Source of the DNA: a virus
DNA: 64,000 bases
IMG/VR virus record: IMGVR_UViG_3300047322_000252
Coordinates: 1 to 64,000 of that record
Reading direction: 5' to 3' (one strand)
Shown: positions 1-9,463 of the stretch, piece by piece
Layout: each line of letters begins with the position of its first letter
Position numbering within the stretch: the stretch's first letter is position 1
Program-made: the position numbers and the translations under genes
Notes under the pieces: generated by a model
Database searches by the model: none
The model's input: only the letters and a program-made list of their open reading frames with translations
Told to the model about the DNA's origin: nothing

Positions 1-23
1 TCTTCTCGGACCCGAACTGGCGA

Positions 24-641
24 TTGCCGGACTATGCGCAGCCATCGGCGCTGCCTTCATTCGACTCACTCATCGACGTGCCAACCCCTGACAAGGAAGA
101 TCCCCATGCCCTCTGGAAGCCTCCCCCTCCCTCCCGCCCTGCCCAAGTGGATGACCCGCAGCCCCAAGAGCCAGCCGAACCGTGGCCTGGCCTTGGCTGG
201 CGCCGTGGGCGCCCTGGTGGTCACCCTCGTAGCACGGTCATTCAGGTGACCGGGCACCAGTACCCACCGCCCCCGCCTGCTCCTGAGGCACCACCGGAGA
301 CGATGCACATCAACGACCTGACCCTGTCCGAGCAGTTGGACCACGTCCCCTGGTTCCACATCTACGTGCCCGATGACTACTTGGAGACGTCCGGCATCTA
401 CATGCTGACCAAGCGCCAGGCCCGTAAGCGGGACAAGGCCAAGGCCAAGGCCCGCAAGCTGCGCAACCCTCGCCTCGCACGTCGCCGCAACCGGCGTCAG
501 ATCATCACCTTCGTGATCTTCTTCATCGTCGTCCTTGGAGTCATCTTCAAGCTGCCCGAGGACCCGTTCAACAAGCACCCGGCGCCACCTTCCGGTCCCG
601 CCATCACGCAGCCCGCTACTGTGACAACAGTCACACCATAG
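24..641 (+). CDS. Pro-rich hypothetical membrane protein (start uncertain)
   Basis: Basic stretch followed by one hydrophobic helix (IITFVIFFIVVLGVIF). Confidence 0.55.
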   Translation: MPDYAQPSALPSFDSLIDVPTPDKEDPHALWKPPPPSRPAQVDDPQPQEPAEPWPGLGWRRGRPGGHPRSTVIQVTGHQYPPPPPAPEAPPETMHINDLTLSEQLDHVPWFHIYVPDDYLETSGIYMLTKRQARKRDKAKAKARKLRNPRLARRRNRRQIITFVIFFIVVLGVIFKLPEDPFNKHPAPPSGPAITQPATVTTVTP

Positions 642-653
642 GGGGCCTTGGAG

Positions 654-1120
654 ATGACCGAACTGCACCGCTACCACGAGGTCTGGATCAACGTGGCCCG
701 AGCCACCAGGGCCGAGCGAGGCAACCGTCCGTCCCAGGTCACGCTCACCTTCGACAATGACCTGGCCGTGGCTGAGTTCCTAGAGAGCATCTGCACCGGC
801 CACGAGCTTGTGGGCGGTGGAGTGCGCCACCAGGAAGGGCTGCACTGCCCTGTACACCCATGAGGGTGGACCGTGATGGCCTGGGCCTGGGCGTGTTCGC
901 CACGCTCGCCTGCGGTGGCCTGTATGTGTGCTACGACGCTGCCGGTCGAGTGGACAGGCCCACGGCGCTGGTAGCCATGGGCGTGTTCCTGGTGATGGCG
1001 GTGCTGGCCTGTCACTTCCTGCTCAACCTCATGGACCGCTTCGACAAGTGGCGTGAGCAGGCCATTGACACTGACAGCGAAGATGAGTCGAAAGACCTAG
1101 AAGATGCGGTTGTGTTCTAA
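654..1120 (+). CDS. Two small hypothetical genes (654-863; 860-1120, two predicted TM helices)
   Basis: GGAG before ATG654; ATGA overlap at 860; hydrophobic segments. Confidence 0.6.
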
Positions 1121-1146
1121 CAACACACTCGCTACTATTCATACTC
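1087..1146 (+). promoter_or_regulatory. Composite early promoter P1 (leaderless)
   Basis: CGAA..CCTA at 1089, box GTTCTAACAAC 1114-1124, -10 TACTAT 1133-1138, ATG at 1147. Confidence 0.75.
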
Positions 1147-1728
1147 ATGAGCACCGACTACGAGTACACCCTCCCCCGAGAGGTCGCTGTCCCTGAGTGG
1201 CCTGAGCGGGTCAAGAACGTCACCATGACCGTCGTCTACCCCAAGGTGACCGGCCGACTGGAACTGTGCGCCATGGACACCGATGACGTGTTCGTGGAAG
1301 GCGACCTGACCTACCGGGGGCACGGCTACCGGATCAAGTTCATCCACACCAACGACCAGGGCCAGCCCAAGGGCTACTGGTACGCCCGCAATGAGGCCGA
1401 GCGTGCCGCCAAGGGCGACAGCAACAGCCAGGTCTACGGCGTGATCCCCCAGGACGGCACCGTGGACTTCGAGCTTGCCCGGGCCATGGGCGATGCCCCC
1501 AAGACCTTCGTGCGTCCCCTGCTGGACGCCGTGGCCGACACGGTGCTGCGGTACCTGTGCTACGAGCCGACCAAGACCCACGCCGCCGAGGCCCGCAAGG
1601 CCAGTCTCGTCCAGAACCTCAACCGCAAGGCCGAGGCGTACAACCGTCTCGCCAAGGGTGCCGAGGCTGCCCTGGCCGAGTACGAGGCGGCGCTGGCCGC
1701 TGTCGAGAGCATCGAGGGGGTGAAATGA
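1147..1728 (+). CDS. Hypothetical protein with C-terminal coiled coil
   Basis: 193-aa ORF with typical codon usage directly after P1. Confidence 0.8.
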   Translation: MSTDYEYTLPREVAVPEWPERVKNVTMTVVYPKVTGRLELCAMDTDDVFVEGDLTYRGHGYRIKFIHTNDQGQPKGYWYARNEAERAAKGDSNSQVYGVIPQDGTVDFELARAMGDAPKTFVRPLLDAVADTVLRYLCYEPTKTHAAEARKASLVQNLNRKAEAYNRLAKGAEAALAEYEAALAAVESIEGVK

Positions 1729-1922
1729 CAGACCTCCCTCCCCCCGCACCCAAGTGGTACGAGAAGCACGAGAACATCGTGATCCTCGCCACGTGGATGG
1801 CCGACCAGGGCAACACCGCTCACACCGTGGTGGACGCCATCGAGACGCCGTGGAGCTACGAGGACGAGTTCAACCTCGCCCTCGCTGCCCTGGCCGAGCA
1901 GGAACCGGCCGAGCAGGCCTGA
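1725..1922 (+). CDS. Hypothetical protein
   Basis: GAGGGG RBS, ATGA overlap, MTDLPPPAPKWYEKH... Confidence 0.7.
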   Translation: MTDLPPPAPKWYEKHENIVILATWMADQGNTAHTVVDAIETPWSYEDEFNLALAALAEQEPAEQA

Positions 1923-1983
1923 TGTGACAACAGTCACTGCTGCCTGACGTTGTGAGAACACAACGATCCGGTACCATTGACAT

Positions 1984-2139
1984 TGACAGCGGGGTGGTGC
2001 GAAAGTAAGCCTCCCCAAGGCAGTACCCCATCGACCCGGTTGTGGCCGGGCTACGAGAGGGGAGTGGAGCGGTCCGACGTATCGCCTGGCTCATCCCAGG
2101 CAGAGTAGGCAAGGTCGGCACACTGCCCCGCTGTCACCA
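1984..2139 (+). ncRNA. Candidate structured RNA 1 (about 155 nt)
   Basis: 16-bp closing stem 1984-1999/2121-2136 with 2 G-U pairs; internal stems CTCCCC/GGGGAG, CCCGGT/GCCGGG, CCGAC/GTCGG, GCCTGG/CCAGGC; -10 TACCAT at 1972; ends ACCA. Confidence 0.7.
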
Positions 2140-2165
2140 ACACCCCTGACCGAGAAAGGCCCACC

Positions 2166-2786
2166 GTGGCACAGACCCAGCACATCAAGAGCGCCCGCAA
2201 GACCAAGGACGGCGACCGGCCCACGTGTCACACGTGCCACAAGCCCATCGAGGTCGGCCAGGGCTACTACAAGAACAGCCCGAGCCGGTTCTCTGCCACG
2301 TACTCCTGGCACGAGGGCTGCCCCGGACCCAGGGCCAGCACCCTGGAATCCAACGAGAAGCGTGGCGCTGCCTACGCTGCCTGCGAGGACGCCGACGACG
2401 CCGTGGAGGCCATCGATGGCGTCCTGGACATTCGAGATGGCGGCGAGCCGGTCGAGGTCACCATCGAGGCCCGAGTCAAGTACGTGATGGAGTGCCTGGG
2501 CGATGCGTTCACCGTCCTGGGCGACGGCATCCAAGAGGCCGCTGAGATGTGGCGTGAGAGCGCCAGCAACATCGAGGAAGGCTTCGGTCACGAGACTGAG
2601 CGCTCCCAGGAGATGAACGACCACGCCGACGTCTACGACGACGCCGCCAGCGAGGCCAGTGACAACCTGCTGGACCAGATCACCGAGTGGGACCCCGACG
2701 CCGAGATGGACTTCGATGAGTGGCTGGACCAGGCCAAGGCCGAGGCCCACGACGCCATCGATGGCGTGTACGGGATGATCGACTGA
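2166..2786 (+). CDS. Hypothetical protein, N-terminal Zn-binding motif and acidic helical C-terminus
   Basis: GAAAGG RBS; CHTC...HEGC; 206 aa. Confidence 0.8.
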   Translation: MAQTQHIKSARKTKDGDRPTCHTCHKPIEVGQGYYKNSPSRFSATYSWHEGCPGPRASTLESNEKRGAAYAACEDADDAVEAIDGVLDIRDGGEPVEVTIEARVKYVMECLGDAFTVLGDGIQEAAEMWRESASNIEEGFGHETERSQEMNDHADVYDDAASEASDNLLDQITEWDPDAEMDFDEWLDQAKAEAHDAIDGVYGMID

Positions 2787-2787
2787 C

Positions 2788-3661
2788 ATGAGCACCACCT
2801 ACCCCTGCCTCTTGCCCACCGTGCCCGCCAGCCGCTGGTACTTCAACATCACCCGCATCACCGGCACGGCCACCAAGGTCAACGAGATGAACGAGCCGGT
2901 GATCTACTGCTCAGTCGAGGCCGACAGCGTCGAGGGAGCCGAGCGTCACGCCCTGGCCTGCCTGCACCACGACTACGAGGACAACCTGGAAGGTGCCCAA
3001 GCCAGCGCCTCCCAGGCCGGTGGTGGCTACTTCGTCACCGTTCGGTTGAGGCCGTACCTGTGATGGGCGCTCCCGATCGTCGTGACCCACGCAACAACCC
3101 CGAGGACGCCTACCAGGCGTTCATGAACATGCCCAACAGCGAGTGGAACGGGCTGATCGCCAGTCTGTTCCACGGTGGCGTGCTCACCCCGGCCGAGCAG
3201 GAGGGCTTCGACCGTGCGATCAAGAACCGTGCGGCGCTGAATGGGCCGAACGGCCTAGACCCTGACGTGGTTGTTGTCAGAACGTCTGATACACTGTTGT
3301 CAGAACAACAGCGAGAGGACACCCCTGACATGGACGAGGAAGCAACCTGGATCGTCTCCATCGAGCGTCCGGACGGCACCACGTTCGTCTGGCAGGTGCA
3401 GGACATGGACCTATACGCCAGCATCGTCGGCGCCATCATCGACCTGACCGGCCACACGGCCGACGTGGTGGGTGCGTGATGGACGACACCACCGATCCCC
3501 GCTCACCTGGTGAGCGCCCCCGCAAGAACCAGTGCCAGATCAACGGCCTGGACGTGCGTGACATGGGCGACCGCCAGCTACTGCGTGAGCTACGCAAGCC
3601 CTGGGGACCCAACCTCATGGACATGATCCGAGCCGAGGCCCGGTGGCGCAACCTGGTGTGA
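2788..3661 (+). CDS. Small hypothetical genes (2788-3063; 3060-3479 with probable internal start at 3330; 3476-3661)
   Basis: Overlapping start/stop codons; internal promoter at 3247-3295 and GAGAGG RBS before ATG3330. Confidence 0.6.
3245..3306 (+). promoter_or_regulatory. Composite early promoter inside ORF 3060-3479
   Basis: CGAA..CCTA at 3247, GTTGTCAGAAC at 3273, -10 TACACT at 3290, second GTTGTCAGAAC at 3296. Confidence 0.65.
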
Positions 3662-3757
3662 ACGCTCACACCATTGACACTGACAGGCCGAATGGCCTAT
3701 GTCACTCCTGGTGGTGGCGTTGTACCCTCATGACTGAACCCTAAGAAAGGGGACTGC

Positions 3758-4381
3758 ATGAGACGACGCACCACCGTTGGGGCGATCATGTTGGTGGCGG
3801 GCTTTGGCCTCGTTGGTGGTGCTGCGTTCATGGGCACCGCTGGTGCTACTGGCAACGTGGAGCACTGCACCGATGGCAATGGGCAGGACGGGGTCAACAA
3901 CCCGCACTGCACCACGGACGACAGCACCCCGCCGTCGTCCACGCCGGACAGCACCCCACCGTCGAGCACCGTGGACAGCAGCGTGCCGGACAGCACGCCG
4001 CCCTCGTCCACGCCTCCACCCTCCGACAGTGTCCCCCCGCCCGACTCGTCGGTGCCGCCGCCTGACAGCAGCGTGCCACCGCCTGACTCATCGGTCCCGC
4101 CCACCACGCCGCCTTCGGTGGTGGACACCACGGTGCCCCCCAGCATCGTGACGACCGTGCCCCCGAGCGTGGTGACCACGCCAGCGCCTACCCCCACCAC
4201 GGCGCCAGCACCGGACACCACGCCCGCCCCGGCTGCCCCAACGACCCCGCCCGGATCGTTGCCCAGCACCGGCTCCACCACCCTCCCCCTCCTGCTTGGC
4301 TCCCTTGGCGCCCTGTTGGCCGGTGGTGGACTGATCGTCCTGACCAGGCGGAATGAGGTCGGGACAGCGCTCGCAGCGTAG
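3758..4381 (+). CDS. Secreted Pro/Ser/Thr-rich protein with LPXTG-type sorting signal
   Basis: N-terminal signal peptide; PDS(S/T)(V/T)PP repeats; LPSTG, hydrophobic helix and RR tail. Confidence 0.85.
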   Translation: MRRRTTVGAIMLVAGFGLVGGAAFMGTAGATGNVEHCTDGNGQDGVNNPHCTTDDSTPPSSTPDSTPPSSTVDSSVPDSTPPSSTPPPSDSVPPPDSSVPPPDSSVPPPDSSVPPTTPPSVVDTTVPPSIVTTVPPSVVTTPAPTPTTAPAPDTTPAPAAPTTPPGSLPSTGSTTLPLLLGSLGALLAGGGLIVLTRRNEVGTALAA

Positions 4382-4407
4382 GCGGATCGCTCTGCGAGCA
4401 ACACACG

Positions 4408-4441
4408 GCGCCCCTGGTCACAGCGACCAGGGGCGCTTTGT
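4408..4441 (+). terminator. Intrinsic terminator
   Basis: 12-bp stem GCGCCCCTGGTC/GACCAGGGGCGC followed by TTTGT. Confidence 0.8.
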
Positions 4442-4447
4442 AATATA

Positions 4448-4499
4448 GTCCGAATGACCTACGAAATCCGGTTGTGTTCTGACAACAGTTCGCTATACT
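4448..4499 (+). promoter_or_regulatory. Composite early promoter P2
   Basis: CGAA..CCTA at 4451, GTTCTGACAAC at 4476, -10 TATACT at 4494. Confidence 0.8.
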
Positions 4500-4526
4500 G
4501 ATCCTTGTAAGCAACGCAGCACCTTG

Positions 4527-4774
4527 ACAACTGAGCCGGGACCCACGAAGCACCATGCAAGTACCCCGATGAAAGCGCCCTGACGGTTAACGACCACGTC
4601 TGGCCCATGCGAATCAGCGCTACGGCCAGCGATCCCTGAACGAAGGCGTGTGGAGGGCGAAATCCGCCGTGAGAGAAGTGGGAGAACAGCCCGAACGAAA
4701 GCCGAGAGTATCCCCGGAGTGCGCACGATGGGGGGAGGGTAGGTGGACAAGTAGGACTGGCCCGGCTCAGTTGT
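4527..4774 (+). ncRNA. Candidate structured RNA 2 (about 250 nt, raiA-motif-like words)
   Basis: Perfect 14-bp closing stem ACAACTGAGCCGGG/CCCGGCTCAGTTGT; internal stems CTGGCC/GGCCAG and CGCCCT/AGGGCG; purine-rich linkers; no credible ORF; directly after P2. Confidence 0.75.
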
Positions 4775-4809
4775 GAGAGTGTTGTGAGAACCTGAAAGGA
4801 CCCTGACCC

Positions 4810-5556
4810 ATGAGCAATCCCAAGAACCTGCAAGAACTGGCCGACAGCCTGGCCGAGCAAGCCCGCACCATTCGCCAGTCTGGTCCTGGCACCTACGCCG
4901 ACAGCTTCCAGCGGGCGGGCTATGCCGATGCCCTGTTGGACACGAGGGCCACGGTCCTCGCCATGATCGCTGAGCAGCGGCCCAAGGGTCTGCACAAGGC
5001 CAGCCCTGATCCCGACTACGCCCACCTGTGCATCCATTGCATGCTGAACATCAAGCACCTGCCTGCGGGCCAGGGCTGGGTCCACGAGGGCACCGGCATG
5101 GTGGTCGGTGACGGTCCTGCTGACGTGTGCCCCGAGTGTGACTGCCCGATTGACGACCATCACGAGGCCTGTTCACGCCTCATCGGTGGCGACGAGGTCA
5201 ACAACGCCAGCCCTGCCGTGGTGGCTGCCATGAACGAGGCCCTGGTGCGCTACCAGTACCAGGTGCTGGTCGATGGCACGCCCATGCAGCACGGCCCGTT
5301 CGACCCCACGAGTGCCCACCACCCACGCAGCGCTGCTGCTACGTACCAGGAAATCAACCCCGAGGCCACGGTGGTCATCCAGTACCGGGACAACGAGGGC
5401 GATGGCGTGTGGACCACCAATGAGCCGAAAGGCTCAGTTCTGATGCACTGCCACGATCCTCGTCACGATGAGCCGTGCCCCTTGCCTTGTGCTGCGTGCG
5501 AGGACGAGTGCGACCCGGCCTTCGCACGCAATGAGCCGAATGGCCTACCGGCCTGA
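4810..5556 (+). CDS. Hypothetical multi-module Cys/His-rich protein
   Basis: GAAAGGA RBS; several CxxC/H motifs. Confidence 0.75.
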   Translation: MSNPKNLQELADSLAEQARTIRQSGPGTYADSFQRAGYADALLDTRATVLAMIAEQRPKGLHKASPDPDYAHLCIHCMLNIKHLPAGQGWVHEGTGMVVGDGPADVCPECDCPIDDHHEACSRLIGGDEVNNASPAVVAAMNEALVRYQYQVLVDGTPMQHGPFDPTSAHHPRSAAATYQEINPEATVVIQYRDNEGDGVWTTNEPKGSVLMHCHDPRHDEPCPLPCAACEDECDPAFARNEPNGLPA

Positions 5557-5593
5557 CGTGTGTTGTGACAACACATCAGGTACACTGACTCCC
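5535..5593 (+). promoter_or_regulatory. Composite early promoter P3 (leaderless)
   Basis: CGAA..CCTA at 5537, GTTGTGACAAC at 5562, -10 TACACT at 5581, ATG at 5594. Confidence 0.78.
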
Positions 5594-6991
5594 ATGAGCA
5601 GATACACCACCCCTGGCCCCTGGTCCTGCATCAAGCGGACCAACATCACCGGCTTCTACGGCTCCCGCATCGGCGCCGTCCAGATCGAGACAGGCCCCCT
5701 CGTGGATGGTCGCAACGGCCAGCGCTACGAGGATGGCGCCCACAAGGTCACCGTCACCAAGAGGCCCGAGGCCTGCACTGGTGGCTGGCCCCGAGGCAAG
5801 ACGTTCAAGGGCGAGACGGCCTGGTCCAGCGCTGAGCGCTACCGGGACGACTGCGTCCACATGATGGAGAAGTACGCACGAGAGGAAGGCCTGTGATGGC
5901 CCGCACACCCCGCCATAGCCCCTACGACCCGCAGTTCGCTGACAAGCCCGACCACGTGAGCGACAACACCTTCGACCTGGTCGGCAACATCATCGCCTTC
6001 GAGAATGGCGAACTGGACGAGGACGAGTGCATCGCTTTCTTCCAGCACCTGGTCAACACTGGCCTGGCCTGGTCCCTGCAAGGCACCTACGGCCGCACGG
6101 CCATGGCCCTGATCGAGGCCGGGCTGGTGACACGATGACCACGCCCTGGCAAGACGATCGCACGGTCGGCACCATCAACATCGGCCATGTCAATGTCAGT
6201 GACCTGCTGAGCAAGCTGGTCGAGTTCTCGCTGCGCTACGGCGCCGACCTGGACCTGTACATCGATGGCAACAACCTGGTCATCTTCGCCCCCCGGGGCG
6301 CCGCCACTCAGCCCCTCCCTTTGGAGGAACGCCGAGAGGTCGGCATGCACTGGCTGGCTGACATTCTTGGAAGGATCACACGATGAGCACCTTGGAGGTC
6401 CACCACGACGAGGAAGTGGGCACCGTGCTGGTGGTCCAGCGCTACCAGCGTGCCCGAGTCGCATACCAGTGTGATGCGTGCATCACAGGCGGTCCCATCG
6501 TCAAGGGTGAGGTCTACCGCTACGTTTGGAGCATGTTGGAGGGCGACAGCCTGGTCCAGCGGTTCCACGCCGGGTGCGTCTAGTGCCCCGCCTGCGCCTC
6601 TTGGAGCCTCTTGGAGCGCCTTTGGAGCTATCGGCGCCCCGGAGGCCCAAGCTGGCCCAGGTGGCCGCTCAGTGCCCCTTCTGCCGTGGTGCTGGCTACC
6701 TGTACGGCCGAGTGCTGTGCCCCACGTGCGAGGGCGCTGGTGTCGCCTAAGACGTCCAGCGGGTGGTTCGGCCTGGCGTGCTTCAACGCCCTGAGCCACG
6801 AGCAGCAGCGCATGCTGATCGAGGACGGCGTGCTGCCGTTCGGCCGCAAGTGGCCCGAGGGCGCCGGGTGCGAGCGTGGTGCGAGCGTGGCGATCGAGGT
6901 CGAGGGCGACGAGGCACCAGGGCCACGCTTCTACTGCGTGCCGTGCGGCATCGAGTACCTGCGCACCGTCACCATTGACACTGACACGTGA
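5594..6991 (+). CDS. Operon of six small genes (5594-5896, 5893-6138, 6135-6386, 6383-6583, 6583-6750 with CxxCxGxG Zn finger, 6740-6991)
   Basis: Chain of overlapping ORFs; 5893-6138 carries a common phage motif (ENGEL..LVNTGLAWSLQGTYGR). Confidence 0.7.
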
Positions 6992-7040
6992 CCGTTGTCA
7001 CAACACGCTCCGTGGTCGATACCTCACACCGTTGTGAATG

Positions 7041-7100
7041 GTCCGAAATACCTACGAGTATGACGACTGTTCTGACAACAACGGGACTAGACTCGCTGGT
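7041..7100 (+). promoter_or_regulatory. Composite early promoter P4 (leaderless)
   Basis: CGAA..CCTA at 7044, GTTCTGACAAC at 7069, -10 TAGACT at 7088, ATG at 7101. Confidence 0.78.
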
Positions 7101-7871
7101 ATGACCAGCAAGCCCGCCTCCGAGAGGCAGTACGCCTACCTGACCACCCTGCTGAACGAGCGTGACCCGGCCGTGACCGGCGTCCCCGACGTCGCAGCCT
7201 TCATCCAGTCCCTGCGGGACAACGGCGCCACCAGCGCCCAGGTGTCGGCCATCATCAAGGCCGTCCTGGCCCTGCCTAAGGCCGCTGCGCCTGCCGGTGC
7301 TGCCCCTGCGGGCCGGACCAACAACTACGGCGCCAAGTGCGTCAAGTGCGGCGTCTACGTGCCTGCCGGTGCTGGCGTCATCACCAAGAACAGCGCTGGC
7401 AAGTGGGACACCACCCACGTCCAGCCCTGCCCCGAGGTCGAGGCCAAGCTGCCCACGCCTGACGTGAGCACCCTGACCGAGGGTGTCTACGTGGACGAGG
7501 ACGGCACCGTGTGGAAGGTCTACACCGGCCGTCAGTCGGGGCGCCTGCAAGCTGCCACGCTCACCAACCACGGCGACCACGGCACCTTCGAGTTCGTGCG
7601 TGGTGGCCTGCGCATGGTGGCCGATGCCCTCGTGGCCCGGACCATGCGCCTGCTCACCCAGGACGAGGCCGCTGCGTTCGGGCGCCTGAACGGCTTCTGC
7701 TGCAACTGCGGCCTGGCGATCGAGGACGATCGCAGCGTGGCTGCCGGGTACGGACCCAAGTGCGCCACCAACCTGGGCTGGTGGTACCCCACCTACGAGG
7801 AAGCCGCCGCCATCCTGGGGCGCCCTGTCACCAAGCCTTCCGGCGTGGTGGTCCAGCCCCCCGCTGCGTGA
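7101..7871 (+). CDS. Zn-finger protein with C-terminal DUF6011-like domain
   Basis: CCNCGLAIEDDRSVAAGYGPKCA fits the recalled CxxCG..L.D..S...G.GP.C pattern; second CVKC motif. Confidence 0.75.
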   Translation: MTSKPASERQYAYLTTLLNERDPAVTGVPDVAAFIQSLRDNGATSAQVSAIIKAVLALPKAAAPAGAAPAGRTNNYGAKCVKCGVYVPAGAGVITKNSAGKWDTTHVQPCPEVEAKLPTPDVSTLTEGVYVDEDGTVWKVYTGRQSGRLQAATLTNHGDHGTFEFVRGGLRMVADALVARTMRLLTQDEAAAFGRLNGFCCNCGLAIEDDRSVAAGYGPKCATNLGWWYPTYEEAAAILGRPVTKPSGVVVQPPAA

Positions 7872-7883
7872 CCGTTGTCACAA

Positions 7884-7944
7884 CAGGGATAGGGCCGAAA
7901 GGCCCATCCCTGAGTGTGTGTTCTGACAACACGCCCGATAGACT
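7884..7944 (+). promoter_or_regulatory. Hairpin overlapping composite early promoter P5
   Basis: CAGGGAT-A-GGGCC GAAA GGCCC-ATCCCTG hairpin; CGAA at 7896, GTTCTGACAAC at 7920, -10 TAGACT at 7939. Confidence 0.7.
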
Positions 7945-7982
7945 GACGCTTGCCAGTCACCCACCGAGAGGAACCCCTGACC

Positions 7983-9206
7983 ATGCCCACGCACCGCACG
8001 CCCCCCACGCCCATCCGGCGCCACCTGAGCCGCCAGCACACGAACACCGTGGCTGCCAACGCCGTCATCTCGCAGGCGTTCTTCCCCGGCATGGGCTGGT
8101 CGAACCTGACCCACCTGCCCCTGCCCACCCGTAGCGCCATCTGCGTGCTGCGTGACCGGGGCGCCACCATGCTCGCCGTGAGCTACGCCAAGCCTCACAC
8201 CCGTAACCGGGTGACGGCTGACTTCACCGTGGCCGAGTGCCTGGTGGCGTCATGAGCACCGTCCGGCACCCCAACCACGTGGTGATGGCGACCGGCTCCG
8301 AGGTCATCCACGCCGCCTCTGACGTGGCCCTGGCCCAGCGCCGCCACGTCCTGGCCTGCAACGGTCGAGCCATCCAAGGCGGTGCCTGGGATGACGTTGT
8401 GACCAAGGTCACCTGCAAGGCCTGCCTCCGGGCGCTCGCCTCCGGGCGGGCCGTGTGGATCGGGCGTGCGTCATGATCCACGCCCTTTCCGCCGATGCCA
8501 CCTTCCCCGCCATGGTGGTGACCGTCACCTGTGAGGACGGCGCCATCAGGCACGCACCCTTCGCCAGCATGGCCGAGGCCCGCACCTGGGCCGAGTGGGG
8601 TCACTGCTGCACCAACCGCCACCGCTTCACGAGTCACCAGGAGAACCCGTCATGACCACCACCAACAACTGCCCCGTCTGCGGGACCGAGGTCACCGTGT
8701 GGGCCGACCTGTCGGGCGGGATCACCGTCAACTTCCGGTGCCCGAACGAGGCCTGCCCGGCAGGCAAGGCACCGTGGGACACGCCCGAGCCGGGCGTGGA
8801 CTACGAGCCATCGGTCTGCATGAACTGCGGCGAGGACGAGCACACGGCCGAGGAACTGGCCGAGTGCATCGACTCAGTGACCAATCCCTGGCCCGGCATC
8901 GAGCGCAACGTGCCGGTCACCCCGGCCCTGCGGCGCCGGTTCGTCTCCCGTAACTGGTGCTTCGGCTACAACGGCCACAGCATCTACCAGCTTGGCACCC
9001 TGCCTGCGGACCTGTACGCCGTGACCTGGGACCGGGATCACAACCCGGTGATCACCGGCCGCATCAAGGGCGCCAGCACACAGAGCACCGCCGACCTGAT
9101 CGCTTTCCTCTCCGAGTGGGAAGGCTGAGCGATGACGGACGAGCAGCGGGCCGCTGTGTACTTCCTCGTGATCAACCGGGGCGAGGAAGGGGACGACGAC
9201 GAGTAG
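7983..9206 (+). CDS. Operon of small genes (7983-8255, 8252-8476, 8473-8655, 8652-9128, 9132-9206)
   Basis: GAGAGGA RBS; ATGA overlaps; Cys motifs. Confidence 0.7.
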
Positions 9207-9207
9207 C

Positions 9208-9463
9208 TGACCAGGCCACGGTGCGCCGCAAGCACCGACACGACTGGTCAATCAGTTCTCGCCCGCAAGGGCGAGGGCTGGTGAGAGTGCATCGCCCCCG
9301 GGTGGTGCGTTGTCACCAGCCCCATGGGCCACGGTGCGCACTGCCCCGGCAAGGGTGCTGCGCAGCGGCTGGCATGGCCCAGCACCAGGACAAGCACACA
9401 CGGCGCATTGCCGTGCGACGTCTGTGCCCCTGTGTGTCGTCCGTTCGAGTCGGGCATGGGGTA
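9208..9463 (+). ncRNA. Candidate structured RNA 3 with tRNA-like acceptor/T-arm module
   Basis: Consecutive hairpins with GCAA loops; acceptor-like GCCCCAT 9319-9325/ATGGGGT 9456-9462; T-arm GTCCG TTCGAGT CGGGC 9439-9455. Confidence 0.65.

Noticed and set aside
6598-6629. Short tandem repeats (CTCTTGGAGC at 6598, GTACGCAG near 19107, TAGCGTAAA near 45374)
   Set aside because: Only 2-3 units each, isolated, with no shared sequence; consistent with local duplication
9208-9463. RNA 3 as tmRNA or a canonical tRNA
   Set aside because: The tRNA-like module is only about 145 nt, with no tag ORF, no G3-U pair and no D or anticodon arm of normal size
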